A DNA stretch of 64,000 nucleotides, taken from assembly GCF_025526975.1 (NCBI RefSeq), contig NW_026515669.1, positions 992,001-1,056,000 on the forward strand, read 5' to 3'. The position numbers and the translations under genes were made by a program. The stretch comes from Fimicolochytrium jonesii (taxonomy: Eukaryota). The notes under the pieces were generated by a model, which was not told the origin of the DNA, ran no database searches, and was given only the letters and a program-made list of their open reading frames with translations. Within the stretch, counting starts at the first letter, position 1. Every line of letters starts with the position of its first letter. Below, in pieces: positions 14,440-27,254 of this stretch.

Positions 14440-17400
14440 ATGTCATCCACAGGCAACGAGGGTAACGGGCCTCAGGTACGACTCTATATGCGCAAAGTAC
14501 AAGACTTCCATTGAAGTGATTGACGATTGTTCGCCTTACAGGCGGCGAAACCGGAGGGACCGGCAGCAACTGGCATCCCAACACCAATGAGGTTGAAGCC
14601 ACCCAGCCGAATCCAGGCCATGATTATTAAGCCGATAGCGCTCCCTGGAGCAGGAGTTGGGGCTGGGGTGATAGCGGCGAGTGCGGAAGCGGACCCTAAG
14701 GTGATTTTTATCGCAGACTTACCATATATGACCGACGAGTACTGACGTTTTCCCCGTATGTGTATTTCGCCGAACTTTTTACCTTTGAACTGAATGTTGC
14801 GTCTCTTCTGTATTTGCGCCTGGTATGTACCCCTCCCCTCCATTGTTCCCACCGCACTAAGGAACGTTCACCCAAGCCCGAAGATTTCAAAGTTCACACA
14901 ACCTCTCTCAAGCGCAAGCCCGAACCATCTGTGCCGACCCGCAACACCAGGCCACGCACCGCCGTTGACACGACGTCCAAGACGACCACCACCCGCGTTG
15001 CGCCTGCGAGAACGACGTTGGCGGCGCGAGCTGGAGCGGGTACGCGGTCTGCTTCTGGTGGTGCGACGAAAGCGGTTGTAGGGACGAGGAGTGGGATTGC
15101 AAAGGCGACGATTGTGGCGAGACCCGCGGTGCGAGCGGCGGGTGTGAAGAGTGTGAGTGCGAAAACGGCGACCGCGGCGAAGGTGACCCCACCGGCTGAG
15201 GAGGCGAAGGCGGCGGCGGCGGCTGCAAAAAAGACAAAAAGGCCTGCGTGGGATGTTAAGGTGGGAAGACTGGAAGCTCTGTCGGCGCAGATCTGTGATG
15301 GATTGAAACTGATTTGGATATGGTCTTGCTCGCATAGGGACGATTGCAAGATTTGGAAGAGAACCATTATGCAACCCAGTCGCAGTTGGAGGACTCGAAA
15401 ACGAGGTTAGAAGATGTCACAGAGGAGCTCATGCAGAGCCGTAGCCAAGGTATACGTCAGTGATTTTCTTATGAGCAGGGTTTATGCAGCCTGTATTAAT
15501 GTTTCGCCACAGTGGATGAATTACTGCAGTTCCGAGACAGCTTGAAAGTGGAGGTCGCCGTGAAAGAAAAGGAGAATCACAATTACGCCCAGCAGTTATC
15601 AGATTTGAAGGATCAATTGAAGGTACTGCTCCATTGGAAACATGGGGCGAGGAAGGGAGATTGACGATCCATGGGTTGATAGGACGCACAACGAAAACAC
15701 GATGACGAGAAACACGACCTAACGACAAAGCATGCTCGGGAATTGGACAACCTACGACACGAATTAGACTCCCTCAAACGCTCCCACGAAACCATCTCCA
15801 GCGAACTGAAGGGCGCCAAAGAAGAAAATGTGACGCTACGAACAACGATATCCACCCAATCAACACTGAGCGTAAACATGGAATCCGAGATGAGGGCGAA
15901 CAAACTGAGACTAGAACAAACGGAGGAGACGGTTAGGGTCCGGGATGCCACGATTGCTAGATTGGAAAAGGAGCTGGAGGAGGCTGGCATCGCTGTGCTG
16001 AATCTGGAGGGCAAAGTGAGGGAGGAGGAGACGATAAGGAGGAAGCTGCATAACACTGTGCAGGAGTTGAAGGGCAATATCAGGGTGTTTTGTAGAGTGC
16101 GGCCGCCGTTGCGTGAGTTAGGACAGCTTTGCGTTCTGGGGTATTGTCGAAAAGCGACTGACGGCGTTTTCGATGCAGCTGCTGAAATCGAGGAGAAGAA
16201 GGAGGATGTTCTCACACATATCAGCTTTGAGGACAGTGACGATCAAGTCATTGAGCTGAAGCAGACTTCGGTGAGTATCATCTTGCCTCACCTTTTTCAA
16301 TCGACAATGGACTAACGCGTACCCAATCTCCATAGGAATCAGCATCTGGTCAGAAAATGGTCGCAAAATCGTACCCATTCTCGTTCGACCGCGTCTTTCA
16401 ACCTGGCACCAAGCAACTGGCCGTCTTTGACGAAATCTCGCAACTCGTGCAATCGGCGCTGGATGGATACAATGTGTGCATCTTTGCGTATGGTCAGACA
16501 GGCAGTGGCAAGACATTCACGTAAGCAGCCATCTTTCTCTTCTCCTTGCGCGGCAGATCACTAAGTCTTTTGTGGGAACATCAAAACAGAATGGAAGGCC
16601 CAACCAACGCCGCTGAAGATTCCGAAGACCTCGGCATGATCCCTCGCGCGGTCCACCAGATCTTCGACACGGCGACGAAGCTCAAAGAGAAAGGATGGAC
16701 TTACGACATGGAAGCGCAGTTTTTGGAAATCTACAATGAGAGCATACGCGACCTGCTGGGCAGCGCCGGTGCGGAGGGCAAGCATGAGATTAAGCATCAT
16801 CCGGTTACGGGGAAGACGTCGGTTACTGATGCTAGCACGGGTGAGTTTGCGCTAGGGAACGCATAGTCAATCCAACCACCTCACTGAACTGAATGATGTT
16901 CCTAGTACTGGTAACGACTCCGGCGGAAGTGCACAAGGTGTTGCGAAAGGCGTCCCAGAATCGTGCAGTCGCGTCCACTAATTGCAATGAGCGCTCTTCT
17001 CGGAGTCATAGGTATGTTTCAGCAGACTGATCCCATAGCCGGTGCTCACTTTCGCTCGAAAGCAAGACCAACCAAAACATCTACCATTTTCGAAACTCCA
17101 GCGTGTTCACCCTCCGCCTCACCGGCACCAACAGCCTCACCTCCGAGACCTCATCCGGCATCCTCAACTTGATTGACCTAGCCGGCTCCGAGCGCCTCTC
17201 CTCGTCCGGATCGACCGGCGACCGCCTGAAAGAGACGCAGGCCATCAACAAGAGTCTCAGCTGCCTCGGCGATGTGATCTATGCGCTTGCGAATGGCGAT
17301 AAACACGTGCCGTATCGGAATAGCAAGTTGACGTATTTGTTGCAGGGGAGTCTTGGTACGTAGTCTCCTTTTTTGATGTTTTTTGGTTTTCAGTAGTGGG

Positions 17401-17657
17401 GAATGCTGACGACCCAAGCGTTTTTTTTTTTAAATTCATAGGAGGAAACTCGAAGACGCTGATGTTTGTGAACGTCTCGCCGCTGGCGGGAAGTTTCCAG
17501 GAAACGCTGTGCTCTCTCAGATTTGCGACTAAGGTGCGTTTGTGGGAAAGTTGGTGGATGCCAACATCTGGCGGTCCTCCGGTATCTCACCACCATCTTC
17601 TCGTACTCGCAGGTCAACTCGTGCCAAATAGGGACGGCAAAGAAGATGATCAAATGA
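14440..17657 (+). CDS. klpA: Kinesin-14 (C-terminal motor, Kar3/KlpA/KIFC1 type), multi-exon
   Basis: Basic N-terminal tail with KRPAWDVK; coiled-coil stalk; neck [24 protein letters not shown]-loop [42 protein letters not shown]; ends [14 protein letters not shown]. Confidence 0.95.
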
Positions 17658-18124
17658 ACGGAGGTTGAGGGACGTTGGAAACATTTGTATGGAGCGATAA
17701 TGAATATTTGGGACACTATCGACTCCGGCCTTGGTCTTTTGAACAAGGGTTATCGTGGCTTTCGCCATGGTTATGTTTTGTAGAGACCACTTCTTTCGCT
17801 AGACTCAGAACGGGTTGTGTTTTCGTAATGATGAGACGTGGCAGTCATATTATAATGTGAGACAAGCAAATGGTGACGGCTAAAAGTACATACAAGGAAA
17901 AAACGTTGTCTATATAAGTGGTGAATTTCTAGATCACAGGAAAAGGGTGGAATGAGAGGAGTGTACGCCGTTCCTGTTATGCGAGACGTTGCAGAGAAGG
18001 GCCAAAAATTTGTTGCGTGGTATGATGTGAGGATGATTAGGGGATGGATGGGGCCGGAACTGAAGGTAAAAGGATCATGTCAATGCGGTAGGCTCAGACG
18101 TGATAGGTTGACGGTGCCAGTCGC

Positions 18125-19159
18125 TTAATATGCCATGACCAATAGAGCAAGCATCACGGCCACACCGGTCGCGGCAAGACCCTCTACAACGGGGCGGTCA
18201 CCGACAGCCGCATTCTGCTGCTGCGGCTGGAACGGTAAAGACAAGGAAGGTGTGGCGGTCGCTCCAGCCGTCCCAGTTGTGACACTTCCGCCCGTGGGTG
18301 TAGCGGGCTTCCTCGTCGTCGTAATGACATTCGACACGGTGGTAACAGCCACGGAGGTAGTGGCCGTCCCTACAGTCGTCGTCACCCAGCTGACGCTCTG
18401 CACGGTGGTCGTTACAACTACATCGGTCGTGACGGTCGCGGCTGGCGATTGCGATCCAAAGGTGACGGTCGTGAAGGGTTTGGGTGAGCCGACGGGCTCC
18501 GTGTGCATCGTTGCCGTGACGGCGTTGCCGAGCTGGGATGCGGCGTCCGAGAGGGGGGCGAAGGAGGGGTCGCCGGCTGGGATGGCTTCGTTTAGACGCT
18601 GTGGGATGCGGAAAGGTTTGTGAGATTGTGGATTATGTGGGAGTGGGAAGGGGAAAGGTTGATCTTACGTTGACGAGGTACTCGACTGCTCCGACATCGA
18701 CGGGGCCGCGGCCGGCGGTGGAGGTGACGTCGTTTACGGCTTTGGTGAGCAGTGGGGAGGGGTTGGGTATGGTGTTGTCTGTGATGGAAGTAATCGGGAT
18801 CTCTTGATCAGTTACTGAAATCAAGTCGGCCTTTTCCCACATTCCTAGCGGCGTCCAGGCGCCTGCGCCCAGCTCACTGAAATCAAACCAGATCTCCCCT
18901 TCCATACGGCCTCCATCGCTACCCAAGCATACTTTCGCAAAAGTTCCCACCTAACCCCATTCTCTTTGCTCCCGACGACCCTTCGCTACTCACAAGTCTC
19001 TTGCACGTGGTCCGAAAACGCCTTGAATTGGGCCTCGGACAAGTAAACGCCGACATTCCTCCCTATCGACACCAATGGCGGCAGAGCGACGGCGGTTTCA
19101 GCGTTTGCAAGCGTAGCGAGGACCAGGAGGAGGGCAGGGAGGGTTCGTGATACCCTCAT
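18125..19159 (-). CDS. Secreted Thr-rich cell-surface protein with a hydrophobic C-terminus (GPI-anchor-like), multi-exon
   Basis: Signal peptide MRVSRTLPALLLVLATLANA; Thr/Val-rich stalk; C-terminus NAAVG...LAATGVAVMLALLVMAY*; GT-AG introns around 18990 and 18665. Confidence 0.7.
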
Positions 19160-19824
19160 TGCTTTAAGTTTGGGGGGGTATATGCGCCGTTCGTGGGATA
19201 GATGGTGATGGTTCGAGGTTTTTTCGACGACTGCTTTCTTGGAGGCCGACCTTCGTGGAGACGGGGGGGAGGCAATTGTACAGAGGTAGCAGCTCCGGAC
19301 GTTTGCACCCAGGGTCTTTTGAGTTTTGTTCCCATGAGCTACAGTACAGTACCATACGCCACCCCAGAGACCTGACGGTTCTCCTCCGTTCCTGCGCAGA
19401 GCCGAGGTGGGGGCAAAAGCGACAACTGCGTGGGTGGAGTGAAATCAAAATTTGCACGCTGTCCAAACCACCACCCAATAGGCCCGCTGGTGGTGGAAGC
19501 GCAGCCGGTGAGATGAGTCTCAGATGACGGTGACGCGCTCGACGGCGACGAACATGCGCAGCCGGTAAACCAAGTTCAGAGCAATGTGGCGCGTGGCGGC
19601 TTGCATGTGGCGCTCAGCACGCACGCATGTTCAACCGGGGAACTCTCGAATATGCAATTTATCCGAATGTGACGTTTGCAACACGTCGGACCTTTCGGTC
19701 TCCGCTTGGGCCTTCCTTCTCACACATAAAGACTGGCTGGCGTTTCGCCCGGCCGCCCGCCGTCCAATGTCGCTTGCATAACCCCCCATAGATCCACCAT
19801 CCTCGCAGAATACGATCGTCAATA

Positions 19825-21225
19825 ATGACCAACTCCGACGAGAAACAGCCGGCCCAGGACGTGTCCCAAATGGAGCCCGCAGAACTCGACGTCGGGCCAT
19901 CCCCGGCCAATGTTGCCAGCATGACGGCAACCGCCGCCCACGACAAGAAAGGCACAAGCAGCAGCTGGTTCTCGGGCTGGTTCGGCCCAAGTTTACCTGA
20001 GTACCCAGGGCCATACCCGGTCGGCATGCTGGATGTAGAGACGCCCGGTGTCGCGGAGAAGGGAACGAAGGGCGTCTTAGTGAGGTTCTACTACCCGACG
20101 ACAAACTCCGCTGGGGAATCACATTGCCGTGCAAAGTGGCTGCCCAAAGCCACATTCTACTCCATCGGATACGGCAACTTCAGCAAACTGCCTACCTTTC
20201 TCGCGCTGGGCCTCGTGTATCCGGCGCTGGCGAATATCAAAACGTGGGGATGGTTGGACGCCCCGCTTCGGCCTGCGGGCGGAGAAGCTTCTTCTGATCA
20301 ACCGCCGTTGCCAGCGCGCATGCCTCCAGTGATCTTCTGTCACGGCTTGGGTGGGATGCGGACAACCTACAGCACGTTCTGCGGAGGCCTCGCATCCGAG
20401 GGTTTCATCGTGGCCGCCATCGAGCACCGAGACGGCTCAGCAACCGTCGCCGCAAAGAACAACTACAAAGAAAAGATCATCTACCGCCCACCCAACACCA
20501 ACGACAAGCTCCCCACCGAATCCGTTCCCGAATTCTGGTCCCGCTTCCGCGGCGGACAAATGGACCTAAAGGACGGCGAAGTCAAAGAAGTGATCCAGCT
20601 CTTCCGCGACCTGGACGCTGGAACGCCCGTCGAGAACCTCATGGCGACGTCCGCATGGGCCGATTTCACCAAAGCCGTCGCCGGCCGGTTCGATTTCGAT
20701 AACTGGGTCATGGCCGGCCACTCCTTTGGCGCCGCCACGGCCCTTATGGCGATGCAGGACCCGTCTAACCCGTTCAAATGCGGGATCGCTATCGACCCTT
20801 TCATGTACGCTGTGAAAGATACCCCAGTCACCAAACCCTTCATCTCGATCCAATCTCAAAACTTCCACTGGAGAGATAACCTTGACCCTATCCGAAAGAT
20901 GTTCCGCAGCCCGCAATGCTCGCCCAACTCGCGGTTCGGGCTGCTGAGAAACACTGCTCACCAGGACATCTCGGATTTCCCAGCCCTGTTCAGCGGCTTG
21001 TTCCGCATGATGAAGCTGGGCGGCGCGGCTGACCCGCGCGAGTCGTTGAGGCTGTACCATGCGTGGCATATGCAGTTCCTCAAGGAGAATCTGACGAATG
21101 TGGGGATCAAGTTTGGGGACTATCCTGGGTTTGAGAAGGGGGATAATGTGCAGCGGCCGGAGGCGGTTGCGGAGGGTGAAGGGACCTGGGATATCCTCTA
21201 CAGGGATATCAAGAGTACTTGGTAG
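19825..21225 (+). CDS. Platelet-activating-factor acetylhydrolase type II-like (oxidised phospholipid PLA2), single exon
   Basis: LPEYPGPYPVG; VRFYYP; IFCHGLGGMRTTYS; GFIVAAIEHRDGSA; nucleophile GHSFG; IAIDP; catalytic HQDISD. Confidence 0.92.
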   Translation: MTNSDEKQPAQDVSQMEPAELDVGPSPANVASMTATAAHDKKGTSSSWFSGWFGPSLPEYPGPYPVGMLDVETPGVAEKGTKGVLVRFYYPTTNSAGESHCRAKWLPKATFYSIGYGNFSKLPTFLALGLVYPALANIKTWGWLDAPLRPAGGEASSDQPPLPARMPPVIFCHGLGGMRTTYSTFCGGLASEGFIVAAIEHRDGSATVAAKNNYKEKIIYRPPNTNDKLPTESVPEFWSRFRGGQMDLKDGEVKEVIQLFRDLDAGTPVENLMATSAWADFTKAVAGRFDFDNWVMAGHSFGAATALMAMQDPSNPFKCGIAIDPFMYAVKDTPVTKPFISIQSQNFHWRDNLDPIRKMFRSPQCSPNSRFGLLRNTAHQDISDFPALFSGLFRMMKLGGAADPRESLRLYHAWHMQFLKENLTNVGIKFGDYPGFEKGDNVQRPEAVAEGEGTWDILYRDIKSTW

Positions 21226-21484
21226 AATTGTCGTATGTAGATGGAGTCTAGGACGTTCTGTTGCTTTTTACATAGCTCCTTTTTTGGATTGTTCGGAGAG
21301 ACGCATGTTATTTCAATATTACATAGAGGTTGCAGAGTGGCAAGGTGGCCCAAAATTGAGAAAGTGTCCGATGTAAATTACATGCCCTTGCTGAAACGGA
21401 TGAAGAGAGAAAGTACAGCTACAGTAAGGTCCATACGCCGAGAAAGTACTATACGTCCATTGGAGCCTCCTCAATCAGACAAGA

Positions 21485-22371
21485 TCAGATACCGAACACC
21501 GCGGCACCAGCAGCGGCAAGAGCAGGGAACACAACGCCAGCAACATTCACAGCCCCACTGTTCTTCGCGGTCCCGGTAGAGTTCCCAGGTGCGCTCGTAG
21601 CCGAAGGAGCAGCGGCCGTCGCCGAACCCGTTGCAGAGGCAGCTGCGGATGATGTTGCACTCGTGGTAGCGTTACCACCGGCAACGACGGCACCCGGCAG
21701 AGTGCAAATCGCCTTGGTGGGCTGGCCCTGATACATGTCTCCAGAGCAATCGGCTTTGACGGCTGTGCGTTTCGTGGTCGGGCATGTGGTGCACTGAGCG
21801 TCGTTGCAGAACTCCAACACGCCGCCGTCTGCCGTGCAGCTTGCTTTGAAGTACATACCGGGCTGAAAAATATAAAACCGATCAGAACCTTCTTGCAAGA
21901 ACTCAATGATGCAGTAGGAAGAGCAAGCCTTACCTCCATAACATGGCACGCCCCATCAGCCGCCGCCGTAATCTGCGTGATCTGCACATTCCCACCCGTC
22001 ACCACGGGACACGCACCCGCGACCTGCGCCGCCGAATACACATTCAACGTCAAATAGTTCGCCCCGGCAATCCCCACCCCAACTTCGGCCGCCGGGAAAA
22101 ACGGCAACTCCGACACATCCTTGTTTACAGATACGCTCTCGCACTGCGTGGCCTCGGCGGATTTGACGCGGGCGTCGGTGGATTTGATCTCGCAGGCGGC
22201 GGTGAGGGGCTGGGTGGGGCCGGCGCAGGGTGCGTTGGGGGTGAAGACGTGTTCTTGGTAGCCGATGGTGCCGGTGCAGACGGTGTCGGTGAAGTAGACG
22301 CGGCGGTTCCATGCGCCTTGGGCGGCGGCGAGAGGGGCGAGGACGAGGACGAGGGCGGTTGTTGAGCGCAT
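21485..22371 (-). CDS. Secreted Cys-rich protein with Ser/Thr/Ala linker and GPI-like tail, 2 exons (22371-21934, 21862-21485)
   Basis: Signal peptide MRSTTALVLVLAPLAAA; about 12 Cys; GTAAG...CAG intron; C-terminus KNSGAVNVAGVVFPALAAAGAAVFGI*. Confidence 0.75.
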
Positions 22372-23079
22372 TTGGGCGGTTGTGATGGTGTGAGTTGGCA
22401 AGATGAAGTGGGGACCGCTGAGTTGTGCGTGGGAACTGGGGAGATGTCGGGCTTTTCTTTGCGTTTCCAAAGAGATCCGTTTGCGAGACTTTTCGAGGGA
22501 AAGCGGCCAGCCACGAAACTTAAACCTTGTGGAGGATAATAAATTCAGGAGAGTGCGGCGAACACGGGACTTAATTGCATACACTTATGCTCAGCAAGGG
22601 CACACTGTTTTTAAACAGGCACCTCGCTGGCTCCGAATGATATTCAACAGGGGCGCCCATGCTCAATAAAAATTCGCGCGCTGTCCTGCGCTTTTGCCAA
22701 CCATATGTACCACAGGTCCACACTAGCACCATCTCCCAGCAGACAAAACCAAAATGATTGTTGGCGTGTTTGGCTCCCATTCCTCAACGGCGTCCATCTG
22801 GTCCGCCTGCACCAACCTTCGGTTGTATTCGCAAGACCCATCCCCGCGGTAGTACTCGCAGAGAAATTGCTGAAATAAGAGACGCACGGACGCACAAGAG
22901 CTAGTCATGGTCACCGGCACAGCCCACCATTCGTCAGTTCATTTCGCATGCTGACGATGGAACGCCTGCGGTTGCCACAGCCGCTGTGAGCCAATGCATA
23001 TTTATGGAGGTGTTCTATCGCCATCCCCTCGCTCATTCCGCTCATCACCCACCTGATTCCCTCGTAACCCTTGCCAACC

Positions 23080-24345
23080 ATGCGTATCACCGCCCTCGCC
23101 GCCGCCGTCCTCCTGGCCTCGACGTCCGTCGTGAACGCTCAGGGAGCTCTGGATCGTGCCAGCTCTGCTATGCAGACGGCGACCCAGGCTGCACCTAAGC
23201 CCTCGGCTACCGCTCCTGTGGAGAAGCCCGGTACCACCCACGAGCCTAAGGAGACGACATCCGTCGACAAGCCTGCTACTACCCACGCTCCTAAGGAAAC
23301 GTCCAGCGTCGACAAACCCGCTACTACCCACGAGCATAAGGAGACGACAAGCGTTGACAAGCCCGCTACTACCCACGCTCCCAAGGAGACGACATCCGTT
23401 GACAAGCCCGCTACTACCCACGAGCCGGAGGTGCCGACCACCACCGACGACGAGCCTGAGGTGACCACCATCGACGACGAGCCGGCTCAAACTGCGGACC
23501 CCGAGCCGACCACCACGATCGACGACGAGCCGGCTCAAACTGCGGACCCCGAGCCGACCACCACCGACGACGAGCCTGAGGTGACCACCATCGACGACGA
23601 GCCGGCTCAAACTGCGGACCCCGAGCCGACCACCACGATCGACGACGAGCCGGCTCAAACTGCTGACCCCGAGCCGATCACCACGATCGACGACGAGCCG
23701 GCCCCGACCGACATCCCCGAGGTTAGTCACACTGAAGAGATCCCAGCTCCTGAGCCCACCGAGGACTGCACGGAGGAGCCTACTCCCGAGCCCACCACTG
23801 AGGAGTGCACGGAGGAGCCCACTCCCGAGCCCACCAGTGAGGAGTGCACGGAGGAGCCTACTCCCGAGCCCACCACTACCGAGGAGTGCACTGAGGAGCC
23901 TACTCCGGAGCCCACCACGACTGAGGAGTGCACCGAAGAGCCCACTGCCGAACCCACCACGACTGAGGAGTGCACGGAGGAGCCCACTGCCGAGCCCACT
24001 GAGGAACCCACAGCGGAGCCCACTGAGGAGCCCACTGAGGAGCCCAGTGCCGATCCCACTGAGGAGCCCACCGCCGAACCTACGGACATCCCCGTCCCGA
24101 CCGACACCCCCATCGAAACGGTCACATCCACCTTCGACCCCGAAAACCCCATCACCTATACCTACACCTACACCGAGACTCCTATCGAGACCCCCATCGA
24201 GACCCCCATCAAGACCCCGATCGACACTCCCCTGCCCACCAGCGAGCCCACCCCCGACCCGGAACCCCCGGTCTCTGGCGCCACGGCCAAGGTCGCTGTC
24301 TCCGCCTTTGCGGTCATTGCCGCCCTTGCCTGCTTCTTCGCCTAA
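23080..24345 (+). CDS. Mucin/adhesin-like repetitive surface protein with signal peptide and GPI-like tail
   Basis: MRITALAAAVLLASTSVVNA; several tandem Thr/Pro/Glu repeat families; C-terminus SGATAKVAVSAFAVIAALACFFA*. Confidence 0.85.
   Translation: MRITALAAAVLLASTSVVNAQGALDRASSAMQTATQAAPKPSATAPVEKPGTTHEPKETTSVDKPATTHAPKETSSVDKPATTHEHKETTSVDKPATTHAPKETTSVDKPATTHEPEVPTTTDDEPEVTTIDDEPAQTADPEPTTTIDDEPAQTADPEPTTTDDEPEVTTIDDEPAQTADPEPTTTIDDEPAQTADPEPITTIDDEPAPTDIPEVSHTEEIPAPEPTEDCTEEPTPEPTTEECTEEPTPEPTSEECTEEPTPEPTTTEECTEEPTPEPTTTEECTEEPTAEPTTTEECTEEPTAEPTEEPTAEPTEEPTEEPSADPTEEPTAEPTDIPVPTDTPIETVTSTFDPENPITYTYTYTETPIETPIETPIKTPIDTPLPTSEPTPDPEPPVSGATAKVAVSAFAVIAALACFFA
23248..24230 (+). repeat. 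Coding tandem repeats: 45-nt KETTSVDKPATTHxP x4; DDEPAQTADPEPTTTI/DDEPEVTTI units with a 120-nt duplication; EECTEEPTPEPTT x~6; EEPT and ETPI short units
   Basis: Visible directly; the sequence lines starting at 23461 and 23581 are identical. Confidence 0.95.
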
Positions 24346-25325
24346 ACCAACAATGAGTTTCTCCGGCCTCTCCGAGACACGGCGTACCGTATAGAACATA
24401 CCACTTGTAGTTAGTCTGTAGCCTTTCATATTCCCCTGACACGACCTGTAACTTTTCTAGAATAACCTAGTAGGACTCTCTATACATAGAATCCCTCTTA
24501 TACAGTACATAACATAACGTCACGCAATCCCCTGAACCTCCTCCTTTTGTATCGTGTACCCTGATATCGCAGAAATGTTCGAAATTGATTGCTTTGGAGC
24601 TGGTTCTCCGTTTCCCTCTTTCACATTCATCGCTGTTCGCTGCGGGAGGTCGCTGCGGGAGGGTTATCATATCTCTCTGTCTGGACGACTGATGCCCCCT
24701 GTAGGGTAAGACCACCTCGCAGTCATCAGTCCACTACCCAACCGTCGTCCTCTGGCCTGCAGTACTGTATGTGCCAGGGTAAAATGATTTGTGAGGGCAG
24801 TTGAGGGTTCGAACGTGGGCGGCGCCATTGCGATGGGTGATGTTGAATGTGGCGTGGGACCAAAACGACAGCAATTGCAAGACCGCGCGTTCTCGCGTCC
24901 AGCCTGAAATGATTCCTTGCCGTTATCACCAGGCGCGCGTTGCTTCAGGCTCGCGGGTCGCCCCTCCCCGTCCCAAAAAGGCAGCCCCTTCGACGGACGC
25001 AGAGAGACAGAAAGAGGTTGCTTGGGTAGACTCGGGGTTCTATCCCACGCAGTTCTGGAGCAGTGTCTGTCGAAGCGAACCCTCATTCTTGCTTTGCGTC
25101 GTCGGTCTGCTGTATCTTCCTTTGTCGCGGTCTGCGTGGCCAAAGAATTGCAGTGGAGAGGCTTGAACTAACTCGACGAGAAGCCCGCAACTTCAACGAA
25201 AGTCGGAAGGACCCTGTGCGTAGGTGTCGCCCTCAAGTTAAGAGATAGCAGGGTATTTGTCGCGACGCCATTCGCTGCCATTCGATTCTCCTAAGAAAAC
25301 GGGAGAGCACTTGAAGGCGTCGAAA

Positions 25326-27254
25326 ATGTACTATCCGGGAAACGGAAATCAACCAGGGTCCCTGCCCACATTACCACCGATCGGCATCCCAGGCCGGCAC
25401 GGCCCACGAGGGCAGCCAGAGTATCCACCGGAGGCGCCGAACGGAGCACAACAACAACAACAACAACAGCGGCGACCACAGCAGCATCTTCCCCCGGAAG
25501 CGTTTCGATATGGCCATTCGCGGATGCTCCCTCCTCCCTTCCCAAGCCCGCACTTCGTTCACTCGGGTCCACCGCCTGATCATTCTACCTCGTATGGACA
25601 TCTATCGGCAGCACCGAGCCCGGCCCGGCCGATGCAGCGGTCTGAAAATGCACTATTGCCACGAATGAAAGTGGATGGGAAGGGGTATGAACCCGAAGGG
25701 CGTGATAACGGTGGGGGCAGTTCTGGATACCTCCCACCTGGTGGGTGGAGTGAGAGAGAATGGCCAGGTAACTCGAACGCATATGTCGAATCGCCGATGG
25801 GCGCTCGGAGAGGATCTAGGCAAAGTGATCATGGACGAGACCCTAGAGATACCATGACATCTCGCGAGCTGTCGACATTGATGCATACGCAGCCTTCTGT
25901 GTCTTTTGATCCGCGGGATAGAGTGCAGCAGCCTGCCAATGGAAGATCGACGAGGGCAGAAATCGATGTCAGAAGGGGTGGGGAGTCGTCTGTTGCGAAA
26001 CATGATTCTCAGCAGGCCCCACATCCCGTCTCGAGAGACTCACGGTACGCGCTGGAAAGCAGGCCGCCATCCAATTACGACAATAGCCACGGACGCCCGA
26101 GTGTCGGATCACACATCTCACATCCGCAGAGTACGGTGCCCACTTCACACCCATCCGAACAGCCAGGGACTAAATCATCTACGGACGGCGAAGCACGAGC
26201 ATCGAATAAGGTCGTTGAATCATTACGACACGAGCCACGACAGCGCACTCGCACTTCGAATCTGAATGTTCCCGTCCTCCCCACACCTGTCGCAACTCCG
26301 AATGCCTCCCGACCCGGCACGCCAGGGCCGACGGTCGGCGCAAAAGTGTCCCCAGATTCACCGTGGGCCCCGAAACTCCCGCCGGCGATATTGCAGTCTC
26401 GTGCTCCGATCAGCAGAGATGAGTTTATGAAGGTTTTGGACGCGCATGTGGCGAAGGATGTTCCTGCCGTTGAGGCGCCTGATGCCGGCGCGAACTCGGT
26501 GGGAACGAAGAGGAAATGGGACGAGGTTGCTGGGCCTTCTTCAACCGTGGAGGAGCCTTTGATGTCGATCACTAGAAGAGGGGAGACGGAGGATGATGAG
26601 GAGTTCACTGAACGGTTAGAGAGATGGCTCCAAGGATCGAGAGAACGGCTCATATTATGTTGGTATAGCCCCTGTGCTGGGAGTGACTATCCTGGTATCT
26701 CGTAGTCGGGCATCTCTAATCATAGCTCGCATTTATCAGGCACAACGTCACTCCTGAACAGACATGTCAATAACCTACACACTAAGTTGCACGACACCCA
26801 GAATCTAACACAAGAAACATCCGACACCCTTGTCCTCATCCGCGCATACCTTGCCGCCGAGAAACGGGACAACCGCGACCTCCTCGAACGCAATCGAATC
26901 GTCAAAGGCCTCAACGACCGCATCATCGATCTTGAAACTCGTTTGCGGAAGTACACCGCCACCATCGTTCCTACATCATCAACCACCAAACCCTCATCGT
27001 CCGCCGATTCAAATCCCGCAACCACCGACACCCAAAAGACTGTAGAAAAACTTCAACGAGAAAACAACGCGGCATCGGACCGAATACAGGATCTGGAATC
27101 CGTGTATGCCGACCTTGTCCGTGAACGGCGCGAGGACGACATGAAGGCGCGGCAGGTGCTGAACGTGATTCTAGGCGGACGGGATTGGGGCGTCGATATC
27201 CGGGACGACCAGTGTATACACGAGATCTTAGATGCGTTAAGTGATAGGCCATAG
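25326..27254 (+). CDS. Hypothetical protein: long Pro/Gln/Ser-rich disordered region followed by a coiled-coil C-terminus, 2 exons
   Basis: ATG at 25326 within the 482-aa ORF; polyQ; NLS-like KRKW; an intron at about 26660-26735 with a CTAAT branch site joins to the heptad-rich ORF ending at 27254. Confidence 0.7.

Noticed and set aside
23248..23990. Regularly spaced repeats as a possible CRISPR array
   Set aside because: The repeats are in-frame coding units without unique spacers; the context is eukaryotic and there are no cas genes.
23002..24429. 475-aa antisense ORF
   Set aside because: Shadow of the C-biased repetitive mucin gene; its Gly/Leu/Arg repeats simply mirror the sense repeats.
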